NCBI RefSeq assembly: GCF_006345805.1
Contig: NC_043007.1
Span: forward strand, 19,034,001 to 19,098,000
Length of the DNA stretch: 64,000 bases
DNA from: Octopus sinensis
Taxonomy: Eukaryota
Reading direction: 5' to 3'
A program made the position numbers and the translations under genes. Of the stretch, positions 1 to 13,430 are shown one piece after another. Position 1 is the stretch's first letter, and the number at the start of each line of letters is the position of its first letter. The notes below the pieces were generated by a model, which had not been told where the DNA came from, made no database searches, and saw only the letters and a list, made by a program, of their open reading frames with translations.

Positions 1-18
1 CATGCATGCATACATACA

Positions 19-52
<34 letters not shown>

Positions 53-97
53 CATACACACACATATACATACATACATATATGTGTGTGTGTGTGT
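1..97. repeat. (CATA)n/(TA)n/(GT)n compound microsatellite
   Basis: Direct reading of the sequence. Confidence 0.95.
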
Positions 98-280
98 GGC
101 TTTTCAATTTACGTTTCTTTTCGTTATTGTTAGGGGTGCTTCGGATTGTTACTGTAGTCGTCTTCTGGCTGCTGTTTTTAGCGTTCTGGTGCCACTTGTA
201 GCACCCTTAATGACTAATTATTAATTTTTTGCCTTATGTTGTTACCTTGATGTTGTTACCTTGATATTACTGTAAACAAT

Positions 281-674
281 TTAGCACGCCAAGCGAAATG
301 CTTAGCGGTATTTCGTCTGCCGCTGCATTCTGAGTTCAAATGCCGCCCAGGTCGACTTTGCCTTTCATCCTTTCGAGGTCGATAAATTAAGTACCAGTTA
401 CGCACTGGTGTCGATATAATCGACTTAATCCGTTTGTTTGTCCTCGTTTGTCCCCTCCGTGTTTAGCCCCTTGTGGATAGTAAAGAAATAACTATTTCGT
501 CTGTATTTGTGTTCTGAGTTCAAATTCCGCCGTGGTCCACTTCGCTTTTCATCCTTTCAGGGTCGATTAAATAAGTACCAGTTACGCACTGGGGTCGATG
601 TAATCGACTTAATCCCTTTGTCTGTCCTTGTTTGTCCCCTCTGTGTGTAGCCCCTTGTGAGCAGCAAAGAAATA
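281..674 (+). mobile_element. tRNA-derived SINE family A, head-to-tail dimer
   Basis: B-box TGAGTTCAAAT twice; core GTCGACTTTGCCTTTCATCCTTTCGRGGTCGA; tail ...AAAGAAATA; second unit starts at TATTTCGTCTG; more than 10 related copies in window. Confidence 0.85.
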
Positions 675-1134
675 AGAATAAGAAAGAACTTAGCTGGTTG
701 CTAGATAGACTACAAGAAAGTCTGCGACAATGTTGTGCACGGCTGGATTTTGGAGTGCTTGAGGATACAAGGGGGCCTTTGAGAAGATTAAATGGTTTTG
801 TGGACAGAAAAAATAATAAGTGAGATCATGGGAAGTAGAAGTGACATCCGTAAGAACTGACATCATTAAGAAACTGGGAAATTCATAGGGTGATATTTCA
901 GGGAGACACACCCTTTCCATTACTTTATGTAATTGCGCAAATCCGTCTGATAAACATAATAAGGAATTTCAGATTTGCTCATAAGTTTTCTTAAACCAAG
1001 GTGAAAATAACTTACTTGCTTTGTAAAGATAATCTCAACCTTGACACGAAAAATAATAAAAGGACCTGGATTCTCTAACCCAAACAATAAGAATCTTTAG
1101 CGAGGATGTTGGGATGCAGCTTAGGGTCAGTAAG

Positions 1135-1333
1135 TACTCTTTTACTTGTTTCAGTTATTCGACTACGGCCATGCTGGAGCACCGCCTTTAGTCGAGCAAA
1201 TCGACCCCAGGACTTATTCTATGTAAGCCTAGTACTTATTCTATCGGTCTCTTTTGCTCAACTGCAAAGTTATAGGGACGTAAACACATCAGCATCGGTT
1301 GTCAAGCGATGTTGGGGGAACAAACACAGACAT

Positions 1334-1364
<31 letters not shown>

Positions 1365-1570
1365 CACGCACACACACATATATATATATACATATACATA
1401 TATACGACGGGCTTCTTTCAGTTTCCGTCAAACCAAATCCACTCACAATACTTTGGTCGGCCCAAGGCTATAGTAGAAGACACTTGCCCAAGGTGCCACG
1501 CAGTGGGACTGAACCCGGAACCATGTGGTTGGTAAGCAAGCTATTTAGCACACAGCCACTCCTGTGCCTA
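1135..1570 (-). mobile_element. tRNA-derived SINE family B with internal (CA)/(TA) microsatellite
   Basis: Minus strand GTGGTTCCGGGTTCAGTCCCACTGCGTGGCACCTTGGGCAAGTGTCTT; tail GACTGAAACAAGTAAAAGAG-like; paralogs at 19.4, 24.0 and 62.3 kb. Confidence 0.85.
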
Positions 1571-1904
1571 AGTGTTCAGTTTTAATTATGAAAAAAAGTT
1601 GAAAGGTTAAATCTGATGGTATCAAAATTAGCCCAAGAGATAATGAGGGATTTCAGTACCCAGGGATGCTGCAACACAATAGGATAATGGAAGGAGAAAT
1701 GAGAAACCACTAAGGAGTACAAGAGAAGAGTAGGGAGATACTCGGAGCAACACTAAATGGAGAGAAAATGATGAAAAGTAATGAACTGATGAGCCATTAC
1801 TATAATCTGTTTCTCGTTTAAAATAGACAGAGAGAGCTACAGAAAAAGGGTAGCAAAAATTAGGGGGCTGCTTAAAATGCACAGCACACACCACTATAAA
1901 ATTA

Positions 1905-2136
1905 ATACCTATTTCTTTACTACCCACAAGGGGCTAAACACAGAGAGGACAAACAAGGTCAGACAAACGGATTAAGTCGATTATATCGACCCCAGTGCGT
2001 AACTGGTACTTATTTAATCGACCCCGAAAGGATGAAAGGCAAAGTCGACCTCGGCGGAATTTGAACTCAGAACGTAACGGCAGACGAAATACGGCTACGC
2101 ATTTCGCCCAGCGTGCTAACGTTTCTGCCAGCTCGC
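1905..2136 (-). mobile_element. SINE family A, full monomer
   Basis: Head GCGAGCTGGCAGAAACGTTAGCACGC (A-box), B-box GAGTTCAAATTCC, core and tail all present. Confidence 0.9.
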
Positions 2137-2140
2137 GACA

Positions 2141-2930
2141 GGCTCTACTTGTCGAGATAGGAAGATGGTAGAGGTTTGTTAAAAACAGCTCCGCTTCCTA
2201 CCTAACAGATACATCATCTACACTACTATACTGGGATCAAAAATCTTTTTTGTGCATAGTGGAGAAAATCACTGAAAGACTAAGAGAAATCGAGAACAGA
2301 ATTCAAGAAAAGACAAGGAATTACTCGGCCAACGCATGCAGAAAACCGAGAATATTGGAGATAAAGAACGCTGGTTGTGGCTGATATACGGAAACCTGAA
2401 GTGAGAAACCGAGTCGCTAATTATAACCACCTGGGAACAAGACATTAGGATGAATATGATGAAAGCAAAGATTGACAGAGCTCAGCCAGAGTGCAAATGC
2501 AGAATCTGTGAGAAAGGTGATGAAAGTATTCATGATCTATTGAATAAGCTAATACACACACACACACACACACACACAGACAGTGACTATACCTGTAGGT
2601 ATAACTGTTTAGTTAAAAGAATGCATTCATTGACATGTTAACCGAGTGTGCGGATCTAAGGCAGAAGAAAAAGTGGCTCGTGATTTTGAATATTTTCAAG
2701 ATTTTATATGATCTCTCCTTAAAGACAGATCATAACATCGAAGCCAACGGACCAGGCATAATTGCAGCAAACAATAGAAGCAAACAGTGCAAGATCAGAA
2801 ACTCTGAAATACCCTATGATAACGGAGAGGAGAGCAAAGAAACTGAAAAAATTAAGAAATATCAAGACCTAGTCAGAGACATGAAGGGATTATGAAAGCT
2901 TAAGAAAACAATTATTAGAGCGTATAAAGA
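2141..2930 (+). mobile_element. Decayed R4/Dong-like (RLE) LINE 3' fragment, split by (CA)n
   Basis: Translates to WLWL.YGNLK.ETESLI...KAKID...CKCRIC (zinc knuckle) and E..K..KYQDL (RLE C-terminus); multiple stops. Confidence 0.75.
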
Positions 2931-2960
2931 TTTATTATTATTATTATTATTAACAACAAC

Positions 2961-3009
<49 letters not shown>

Positions 3010-3023
3010 CCATTATAATAATA

Positions 3024-3561
3024 GTTCCCTGATGCAGTGCCAGGCAGTTGCTCTCGTGGCTTCTGATATTAACTGATTGGAAGTGTTATCATGTACATTG
3101 TTTTGTCTTCGTATAAAAGATGGGCTACAGCAAATATTCTGCTCAATACCACAGATTTGCTTGTCAGTTGTTTGACCTTAACCAGTTGAGCATGTCCCTT
3201 AGTGGCTGACGATATGTGCATCTCTGATCACGAGCAGAAGTTATGGGGGAGCATCATAGTCATGTGTTGAGAGGAATTCTTTGGGGTTTGGATAATTCAC
3301 CTTTGGAAACATGGGTGGTTCATTCAACATCCTTAAACAAACTTTATTCAGGGACCTTTTGAGCGGGATGGGCTACTCAACCTGAAGAAAATTCTAACTG
3401 GGCCCCACCTGCAAGGTCATGTGCTGTTTATCTTGTCATGAGATCACCATGTCGCGCACATATGGTTGTGATGCATGTGTCTGGTGTACCCTTATCAGAC
3501 GTGTAGGCTTTGAATATTTTACCCTAGTGTCACTTTGATGGCATGCACTACTCTCTCACTC

Positions 3562-3604
<43 letters not shown>

Positions 3605-3617
3605 TAATAATAATAAT
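3024..3617 (+). mobile_element. Non-coding interspersed repeat family C with (AAT)n tail
   Basis: About 330 bp nearly identical to 55828-56155; a further piece at 61866-61922; ends in (AAT)n. Confidence 0.75.
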
Positions 3618-3826
3618 CCTTTCTACTAAAGGTACAATGTCTGAAATTTTGTGGCAGGGGACTAGCCGACTTCATCGACCCCAGTGTTTCACTGGTGCTT
3701 AATTTATTGATCCCGAAAGGATGGAAGGCAAATTCGACCTCGGCGGAATTTGAACTCAGAACGTAGCGACGAGCGAAATAACCCTAAGAAATTTGCCCGG
3801 CATGCTAACGATTCTGCCAGCTCACC
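3618..3826 (-). mobile_element. SINE family A (A2 tail variant), flanked by (TAA)n on both sides
   Basis: Same head and core as family A; alternative tail ending ...AGTAGAAAGG(ATT)n. Confidence 0.8.
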
Positions 3827-3830
3827 ATCC

Positions 3831-3879
<49 letters not shown>

Positions 3880-3880
<1 letters not shown>

Positions 3881-6800
3881 CCTCAACCACCTATACTATG
3901 CATCCGCGAAAATCTCAACGATCCTATGTGGTGTAAAGATTAGAAAACGGCAACAGTCCCACAAAAAGCCTTCTTGGCAAGAGCGTCTGCAACAACAAAT
4001 TAAAATATTTAGATCTGACATTGAATATTTGAAAAACCTTAAGGCTCACAGATTACCAAACCTACAAAAACCCAAAAATACTGAAAAAATACAATATGAA
4101 AACTATACTTGATATTGATGCCACCATAGAAACCATCAAACAAAGGTATCTGCCAAAGCTGCCCGCATAGCGAGGTATGAAAAGCGTGTTAGATTTTTCA
4201 AGGACAACAACATGTTCAAAAATAACACCAAGAATTTTTACAGGAAGATAGGAAAAACAGCGTTTACTGCAGGGTCTGTACCATCAAAAGAAGAAGTGCA
4301 GAGATTTTGGAATAAAATCTGGGCAGAAGAAAAAACACACAACGAAAAGGCCCCCTGGATTGACAGAATATCTACAGAACTGGACCCCTTAGAAGAGCAA
4401 AGTGGGAGGGTGTCAAGGTAGAAGATAAAGATCTGCTCTCAGGAGGTCAAGCAAATGGAAGTCTCCAGGAAAGGATAAAATTCCTAACTTCTGGCTGAAT
4501 GCCTTCCCAGAGAGCCATGAACTGCTAACAGAACTGTACAATGATGTTTGCAACACCCTAGTAGGATGCCTCCTTGGCTAGTAATGGGTTAACATTCCTG
4601 CTTCCAAAAAGTGAAGAAACAAATGAACCAAAAAACTATAGACCCATAACCTGCTTAACAACTATGTACAAAACACTAACATCTGTCCTGACGGAATATA
4701 CCTATAGTTTTTAACAGACAGCAGCATATTCCCTAATGAACAGAAAGGATGTAAACGTGGATCCTACGGCTGTAAAGACCAACTACTCATCAATAAGATG
4801 ATCTTAGAAGATTGTCACAAACGACACAAAAACTTATCAATAGCCTGGATAGACTATAAAAAGGCTTTTGATAGCCTACCACATAGCTGGATTAGGAAAT
4901 GCCTTGAAATGTATAAGATAGCACCAACTCTGCGAAACTTCTTGACTGTAAGTATGAGATCATGGAGAACCACACTAACTCTGAACAGTGACAGTGAATC
5001 CCTAAATGCTGGTGATGTAAAAATTTCGTGTGGCATTTTCCAGGGTGACTCACTGTCACCACTCCTCTTTTGTTTATCCTTAATACCTCTCTCAAAGCTG
5101 CTCAATGATGCGCAGTACGGGTATAAAATGTTTGATAAAAATATAAATCATCTCGTTTACATGGATGATTTAAAGCTTTTCGCAAAAAATGATCAACAAC
5201 TCAAGGGCTTACTAGCGATAGTCAAACAATTCAGTGACGACATCAGAATGCAATTCGGCCTCGATAAATGTGCAAGGCTACCTTTATCAAAGGAAAAATG
5301 ACAGAAACATCTAACGTTAACCTTGACCAACAGAATGTCATAAAAGAACTAGACCCAGCGGAGAGCTACAAGTACCTAGGGGTAATTGAAGGGAACGGAA
5401 TAAGGCATTCAGAGATGAAGGAAAGGATCAGGAGAGAATGCTATCGAAGAGTGAGAGCAATACTCAAGACAGAGCTGAATGCAAGAAACAGGATCGAAGC
5501 AATCAATGCATTAGCTATACCAGTCGTGACTTACAGTTTCAATATGTTAACTGGTCAATTACTGAAATATGTCAGCTCGACAGAAAAATAAGGAAACTGT
5601 TGACAATGCATAGAATGCACCACCCTAAGGCAGATACAGAACGACTCTATCTGCCAAGAAAGAGGGAGGCCGTGGTCTTTTGCAACTGGCAATAACAATG
5701 AAGATTGCTACAATTGGCCTAGACACCTACCTGAAAAACTCTGAGGACTGGATGCTAAAACTTGTCTCATAACATGAAAACAAGAAAGCATCATACTCAG
5801 TCACAAAACAGGCAAAGGAATATCTAAGTGAATTCCGAATACAACCAATTTCGGAATTAGAGATAGATATACAAGAAACAAGCACAGAAAAAGCTAGGCG
5901 CATGAAAACCCGTGCCAAAACTGCGGCCTTAGATATTCTGAATAATAAATGGCAAGAAAAACCTCTCTATGGCAAATACCAAAGAGAGCGAATAATGCAG
6001 ATATCGACAAAGCCCTGACCCATCATGGCTAATGGCCTCTGGCTTAAAATCTGAAACAGAGGGGTTTATCATAGCAGCTCAAGATCAATGCCTACCAACA
6101 AGAAACTACCAGGCCAACATATTAAAGATCAGAAGCAGTCCAACGTGTCGTGTATGCAAGCAACAAAATGAAACCATTGACCATATGGTCTCCAAGTGCA
6201 GTCTTCTAGCGCCTACAGAGTATCTCAACAGGCACGATAGAGCTGCACAATATATTCACTGGGTAATCTGTAAAAACCTGGATTTGCCCCATGAAAAAAA
6301 CTGGTGGGAACACAAACCACCCCCAGTGCTTGAAAATGACCACATCTCACTCCTCTGGAACTTCACCATTCAAACTGACAGGAAGATAGATGCAATAGGC
6401 CAGACATCATATTGAAAAACTTCAAACAAAGAACATGCCTCCTCATTGATATGACTGTCCCAATCGATATAAACGTATCTGTCAAGACCTACCAAAAACT
6501 GAGCAAATATAAAGATCTTGAAATAGAAATCAGCAAAATGTGGAAGCTGAAGACTAAAACAATACCTGTTGTCATAGGTGCCCTGGGAATGATAGCAAAA
6601 GGGGCTGATAGCTACCTAACTCAGATACCAGGAAACCCAAAAATGGCAGAAGTTCAAAAGATAGTGCTCATGGGAACTGCTCATATCCTACGCAAAATAC
6701 TCTCTATGTAATCTCAAGGTTTAAAACAACATAATTTTCGGTTTTTAAAAAAAAAAAAAAAAAAATTTTTTTTTTTTTAGACATTCCTTAGTACAAAAAT

Positions 6801-6930
6801 CCCCACCCCCCAAATATATGGCACACTAGGTATAACAACAACATGAACTTCCAACCCTGTTGTCTCTTGAGGTCTCTGGGTGAGACTTGGAGCCAACTTG
6901 TACAAATATAAAGCAAAAGTCAAACATAGA
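3880..6930 (+). mobile_element. R4/Dong-like non-LTR retrotransposon (RT + CCHC zinc knuckle + restriction-like endonuclease), 5'-truncated and frameshifted
   Basis: RT motifs [35 protein letters not shown]; CRVC..ETIDHMVSKC; LLIDMTVP..K..KYKDLEIE..PVVIGALG; (TAA)n on both flanks (3831-3879, 6931-6950). Confidence 0.92.
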
Positions 6931-6982
6931 ATAATAATAATAATAATAATGACGATGATGATAATGATGATGATTTCAAATT

Positions 6983-7186
6983 GTGGCACAAGGCCAGCAA
7001 GTTTGAAGTAAGGGGAAAGTCGATTACATCGATCGCAGTCTGTGACTGGTACTTATTTTATCGACCCCGAAAGAAGAAAAGGCATTGTTGGCCTCCGCGG
7101 AATTTGAAATTAGAACGTAAAACCGGAAGAAATGTCGCTAAGCATTTTGTCCGGCGTGTTAACGATTCTGCCTGCTCGCTGCCTTA
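6983..7186 (-). mobile_element. SINE family A2 copy between (TAA/TGA)n tracts
   Basis: Similarity to the other family A copies. Confidence 0.75.
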
Positions 7187-7949
7187 ATGATAATGATAAT
7201 AATAAAAGTTCTCAATAGTACAAACCCAGACACAACAACGTTGGAAAGCACTCAATACTAAAAGTAGAGTGGAGAGAAATTGTGAAGCAAGAATATTTTA
7301 TGACATTTGTGATTTCTTGAATTTTTCGAAAGAAGTACCGGAAAAAAAATACCCGTTTTTCAGTAATGCATATATAGAAGGGTGTAAAGTTTGATGGGTG
7401 GCACGCGGAAAGAAAGTGATAGAATTTATAAATGATGTAAAAATAGAGAAAAAAATTTTCAAAATAGGTACAATCGTGATTTTAAGTAGAATCACGTTCT
7501 TTAAACATTCGTCTCTCCCCCCATCAGATGTGATAGGAGAATAGCATGGAAAATGATATTCAGAATACAAAGAGTTTCATAACGATTATTTGAAAAGAAA
7601 CATTGAAATAGAATAAAAATAATGTTCTTAGATATTATAAATCCTTTCACGTTAAAGTAAAACGAATGTCTTATTAAAATAACGATAAGAATAATTTTAG
7701 ATATCCCAGAAGTAGAATTATACGCGAAAAAATTTCCAGCGACAGTTTTCGGTACACGTACGTCTTACAGCCATTTAGAGGCAGTCACTAACAGCTTATT
7801 TGGTACACAAAAATTATTAGACGAATTGTTGTACTCTGTGTTGTCTTTATCTGAAATTCGTTGAATAAAGGAAGAGGGTCGTCACTCTAATCCTATTATT
7901 TCACAAAATTACGCAACATAGGTTTTGAAAAATTTAAGCTTTCTGTATC

Positions 7950-8330
7950 TTCTATGTAAACAACGTGAGATGAACTCTGAATGTTTGTTCAAGAAAGGAA
8001 TCCCTTGAAAACAGTTGTTTCTAAAGTACAGGATTTACACGGCTTTTTGGAATAACTTTTGGCTTTTCTGCATGAATTAATTCCTGCTTTGTATTAAAAA
8101 AATCCAAAGGAAAGTTGACAAATGGAATCTGGGATACTTTAGTTATAGGGGGATTCAAGATGCTATGAAAATGCTTGAAGTTTTATATGAATCCAACGTG
8201 AAGTTTTGAAACATTATTAGTATTCACCGTTTCTCAGTCTGTAATAATTTTATTTGTGCACCTTCGTTCAACTCTATGATTACAGTATATAAAATGCTAA
8301 TTAGCATTGTGGTCCGACAGGTTGGGTCTA
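7950..8330 (-). pseudogene. Possible very decayed PLE GIY-YIG fragment
   Basis: Frame-shifted peptides FKTSRWIH, HLSTFLW and KAKSYSKKPCKSCTLE loosely follow the order seen in Penelope GIY-YIG C-termini; many stops; weak. Confidence 0.25.
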
Positions 8331-8989
8331 TTCGTATTGAACAATGTTTCTCTGATATTAGGTGAAGCAGAATAAAGAAACGTTAATGCGGTTGTGATAG
8401 ATAATCTTAGAATACTTATTGCTGCAGTAGTGTGTATGTTTTACAACAATTAAAAAAAATGTAAGTAAAGTCAAGACGCACTGAAGTGGAAGGTGGGTTA
8501 TACCAAGTAATATTTCTGTCTCTCTTTTATTCAACTGGTTTGGATGTTGGGTTATAATATGTAAATTTTTTTAATAAAACCGCTCTATTTCAGTACATCA
8601 TTATAATGTCTTTAAAACTTATCTAATTCACAAAGATGTAGGAATTTCTTAATGGTATATTCTTAATGACGTGTTGATGGTGATGGTGGTGATGGGTAGT
8701 TTCATCTTTATATGTATAGAACTATGACTATATGAATTAATGTGGCGGGTGAGAAGTGTGTGTGATATGATGTTGAGGTGCAAGTTTAGCTTTCACATGG
8801 GGGTAAAAATGGTCACGTGATTGATGGAGGTTAAATGGCGTTGTTGGTGCCACAAAATGAACCGGGGTAAATATAGGAGTACGTGTGGCAAGAAGTGTGT
8901 GAATAACGATGGCGGTAGTATAAGGAAAAGCTCAACAAATGCTAAAGCAGAGGTAGGAAAACTACAGTCCTCAGGAGGCACACGGATCA

Positions 8990-10080
8990 CAAAAACCGCT
9001 CCGAGTTCAGTTTTTTTGCCAAACAGAACAAACCATTTTCTGAAGCCGAAGCTTTAGAGGACTGCAGAATTGATGCAGTCTTTTCATCTTTTTTCCCAGA
9101 TGCCGTCTTCCCAGAAGTGAAGCAGATATTGAGGTTGTGTCATAAGTCGAGGAGAGAACTATAGGACGTCGTCTTGACGTTGTTTTGCAGAATGTCAGAA
9201 CAGTGAAAAGTCGTTCGTGTGGCACACTCTGGCACACTCTAGCACTAAGAAAACTGATATACACGACAATAACACAGCTACACGTATTTAATAAAGCAAT
9301 TGGTGATAATTTTGTAATTAGTGAAGTGCTACTGTCATTTGAACCATCAAAGGAAACCACAACTGGCCAAGGTTTGTATGGTAATTAAAAACTACTTGGG
9401 TAGATATAATTTGAATAGGATGAAATTGGTAAGCATAATAACAGACGGTGCCACTTCGTTTGCTAGAAAACATCCTGGTCTCATAAAGCTGCTGAATGAT
9501 AAAACGAAAAACGAGCATTCACTTTATGCAGTTATCATACCATTATTCACGAGGAAGGACTGTGTAATCAGTCTTAGATTTTATGCATGCAATTAATTCT
9601 GCAATCCGTGTCATTAGTCTAATCAGAGCCATGGTGCTAAATCACTTCAGAAGTTTACTGAATGACACGAAATGTGAATATTTAAGTGTACTGTATCATA
9701 GCTATGAGTGTCGGTGATGTTTGGAAAAGGTTCTACAGAAGAGTGAGAATCTAAGAGAAGAATTATTAAGTAACATGAGAATGGTAGAATGGTTGTGCAA
9801 TTTAACGTTCACTATTCACATTTTCGACCATCTAAATGGAACGGACATTAAGTTATAAGAGTAGCGAGCTTTATCTGAAATAACATAATTTCAAGTGAAG
9901 CTGACACACTTTGTTTTAACAGCTAAATGAACCCAAATTCATGCATTTTCCATGGGAGACACATATTTTTGTTCCGACAAATACAGTCGTTTGCTATCTG
10001 CTTTAAAATATGAGGTTTCAGGCGGTTCGATTTATTGATTTAACCATTATTGATTTGACCAGGATATGATTTGAAGGAAG
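8990..10080 (+). pseudogene. hAT (SPIN/Buster, GTF2IRD2-like) transposase remnant
   Basis: Ordered peptides AKQNKPFSE, SRRTIGRR, LAL..TQLHVF..ISEVLLSFEPSKETTTGQ, KLVSIITDGA, YHTIIHEE and WLCNLTF..HLN match this transposase family; many frameshifts. Confidence 0.75.
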
Positions 10081-10369
10081 TTTTGCTGTTATTTCTATGT
10101 TATTGTTTTGTCCCAGATTAATCTGAATTGAGAAGACCTAGGATTAAAGACGTTCCACTCGTAACCACCTCGTTTTATCTGTCTAAGACTTCTCTGTCCA
10201 ATGCAATTTAGGCTTTTTATTAGAGGCTAAAATAAGCGTTTAAGGAGATTTAGCTGTTATTTCTTGCGGAATCATAAAGAAAAACATGGTGAGATATATT
10301 TTCTGAACGTGCAGAAATATAGTCAGGGGATTTGCTGATAGTATCGACAACCTAGGTAGGGGCTTGGCG

Positions 10370-11460
10370 ACGGTGATGATGACAAGAATGAGAACGGTGA
10401 TGGCGATGACGATGATGACGTTGATGACGATGATGACGTTGATGATGATTATGACGATGATGATGACGCAATGATGATGATGGCGATGATGATGAGGATG
10501 ATGATGATGAGGATGATGATGATGAGGATGATGATGATGATGAGGATGATGATGATGGCGATGATGATGTTGAAGACAATGCTGACGATGACGATGATGA
10601 TGATAAGGAGGAGGAGGGGAGGATAAGGGTGAGGATGATGATGATGATGATGATGGTGATGGAGAGTGGTGGTAGCGGTGGTGGTGGTGGTTGCGGTAGT
10701 GGAGACGGCAACGTTCGAATCTTCCCTCACGCTCTCTTCCTCCTCCCTCTCCTTCTCTTTCTCCTCCTCCTCCCTCCAATCCATTGACACAACCATCAGA
10801 GCCATCCACGAGTTGACACTAACCTAATTACCCCCCTACACAGCCAGACACCAGTCATCCGGCTTGCATCTCTCGATGCAGTCGAACAACACACTCTGCG
10901 CACACTGCAAAAGTTGGCGGGAAACGGTAATGGCGGCGGTGGTGGCGGTGATGATGATGGTGGTGGTGGCGAATGGTGCTGGGGTGGGGGTAGATCGACT
11001 GAAATGTTGAGTGCTAGTGTTGGTAGAAGTGGTCATGGAGGTGCTGGTTCTGGTGGTGGCGGTGGCGGCGGCGGTGGTGGTGTTTGTGGTGGTGGTGGTG
11101 GTGATGATGGTGATGATGGTGATGAAGGTGTTAGTGGTGGTTGTGGTGGTGGTGGTGGTGATGATGGTGATGATGGTGATGATGGTGTTAGTGGTGGTGG
11201 TGGTGGTGGTGGTGGTGGTGGTGGTGATGATAATGGTGATGATGGTGTTAGTGATGGTTGTGGTGGTGGTGGTGATGATGATGATGGTGTTAGTGGTGGT
11301 GGTGGTGGTGGTGATGGTGATGATGATGATGATGTTGTTAGTGGTGGTTGTGGTGGTGGTGATGATATTAGTGGTGGTTGTGGTGGTGGTGGTGGTAGTT
11401 GTGGTGTTCGCAATGGTGTTGCCGTTATTGTTAGTGTTGCTGTTGCTCTAAGGTGACGTC
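10370..11460. repeat. (GAT)n, (GGT)n and (GGT/GAT)n low-complexity tracts around a short unique segment
   Basis: Direct reading; GATGATGGTGTTAGTGGTGG recurs at 11.1-11.4 kb. Confidence 0.9.
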
Positions 11461-11892
11461 GGAGTTCATGATAGTAGTGATGGCGGCAGCGATGGTGGTG
11501 GAGGCGGCAGTGGTGACGTGAATGTCGTTTGTATCGGTAGTTAATGACAGTTTAGGTAGCAGTAGCTGCTAGTGGTTCTTTGATGGTCAGATCTGACAGA
11601 ACCAAGTTTGGATCAAAAGAATTCCGATCCAGACAATTCCTTCCATTCCACCTTTGGAATGTCTCACTCGGTATACACACACACACACACATATATATAT
11701 ATACATACACACACACGTATATATGTGTGTGATATGAAGATATTATGCTCCGATCATATAAATATGAATTTAATATTTACTTGATATTGACTGAGCATTA
11801 ATCGAAACAGCTGTAAGGGAAAATGATTAATCTGCTGTTAATAATAAACAATTATTAACTTTCCAATTTCAATTTTCTTTTTCTTTTTCGTC

Positions 11893-11979
<87 letters not shown>

Positions 11980-12135
11980 TATATATATATATATTATATA
12001 TATATAAGTGGGTTTAAAATAAAAACTGTCGGCCCTTAAGTCAGATTATAACATCTGGTCTGCCAAGTAAAAATAATAAATAAGTTATACATACAAACAT
12101 TCATACATACATACATACATACATACATACATACA

Positions 12136-12186
<51 letters not shown>

Positions 12187-12417
12187 GAGGGGATAGACAG
12201 ATATGCTCATGTTTTGAGTTCTATTTTCCTATTTGTATTATCACCAAAATTATATATACATGTATACATACATGCATACAGTCATACATACATACATACA
12301 TACCTAGTTCAATTCACTCACACACACACACTTATTCATGTATTGTAATATGAGTGTAGACGCGCACAAGACATATATTCACACGTGTATGTATGTATTT
12401 ATATATTTATGCATGTT

Positions 12418-12461
<44 letters not shown>

Positions 12462-12769
12462 CACCCACACACGTACATAGAACAATAAAAAAATATATAT
12501 ACACTGCTGTTTTAGAGTGTTAATGCTTGTTTGTGATTGTATGTAGACAAAAGGAAAAGAAAAAAGACAAAGAAAGAGTGGGAGGGAGTGTAAGAGAGAG
12601 GAAAGTGAGAATAAGAGTAGAAGCGGAAGAGAGCCAAGAAGAGAGAGAGAGAGAGAGAGGGAGAGAGAAAGGCAGATAGTGAGAAGGAAAACGACGATGA
12701 CAGGAGAGTGTCTGCGTGTATGAGTTTAAGTGAGAGAGGGGAAGAAATATATAGATAGCTATACACAAG

Positions 12770-12851
<82 letters not shown>

Positions 12852-12862
12852 TATTGATAGAC

Positions 12863-12895
<33 letters not shown>

Positions 12896-12906
12896 TATTG
12901 ATAGAC

Positions 12907-12955
<49 letters not shown>

Positions 12956-12974
12956 TATTGATAGACTGATAGAC

Positions 12975-13027
<53 letters not shown>

Positions 13028-13038
13028 TATTGATAGAC

Positions 13039-13087
<49 letters not shown>

Positions 13088-13098
13088 TATTGATAGAC

Positions 13099-13128
<30 letters not shown>
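12770..13128. repeat. (GATA)n array with recurring ATATT interruption
   Basis: ATATT at 12851, 12895, 12955, 13027 and 13087. Confidence 0.95.
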
Positions 13129-13129
<1 letters not shown>

Positions 13130-13430
13130 GTGAGAGGAAGAGAGTAAGAGAGAGAGAATAGAGAAGAAAATGGTAGAAGACGAAGAAAGAAACAAAGAGG
13201 AATTTGGAGAAATGAGAGAGAAAAAATGGGCCAAGCGTCAGAGAACTAATAGGATGTGACATCCACTAATGTAGGGCCCCATTAAACGTAACCCCTTCTC
13301 CGCTCTCCATTCTTGTCTAGGTGGCGCTACTGATATGTCACTGCGTGTTATTGCTAGAAATTTGTCACTAGCATTAACCGAACAGATGCTGATAATCACC
13401 GATCTCTTCACATAAGCCATAAACTGTCAC

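Noticed and set aside
3880-6711. Active LINEs (also 57331-60487)
   Set aside because: Both are broken into many ORFs by frameshifts and stops, although some could be assembly indel errors
10914-11456. 180-aa Gly/Asp-rich ORF as a structural protein
   Set aside because: Starts at TTG, lies wholly in (GGT/GAT)n and is open in several frames; no signal peptide or splice support
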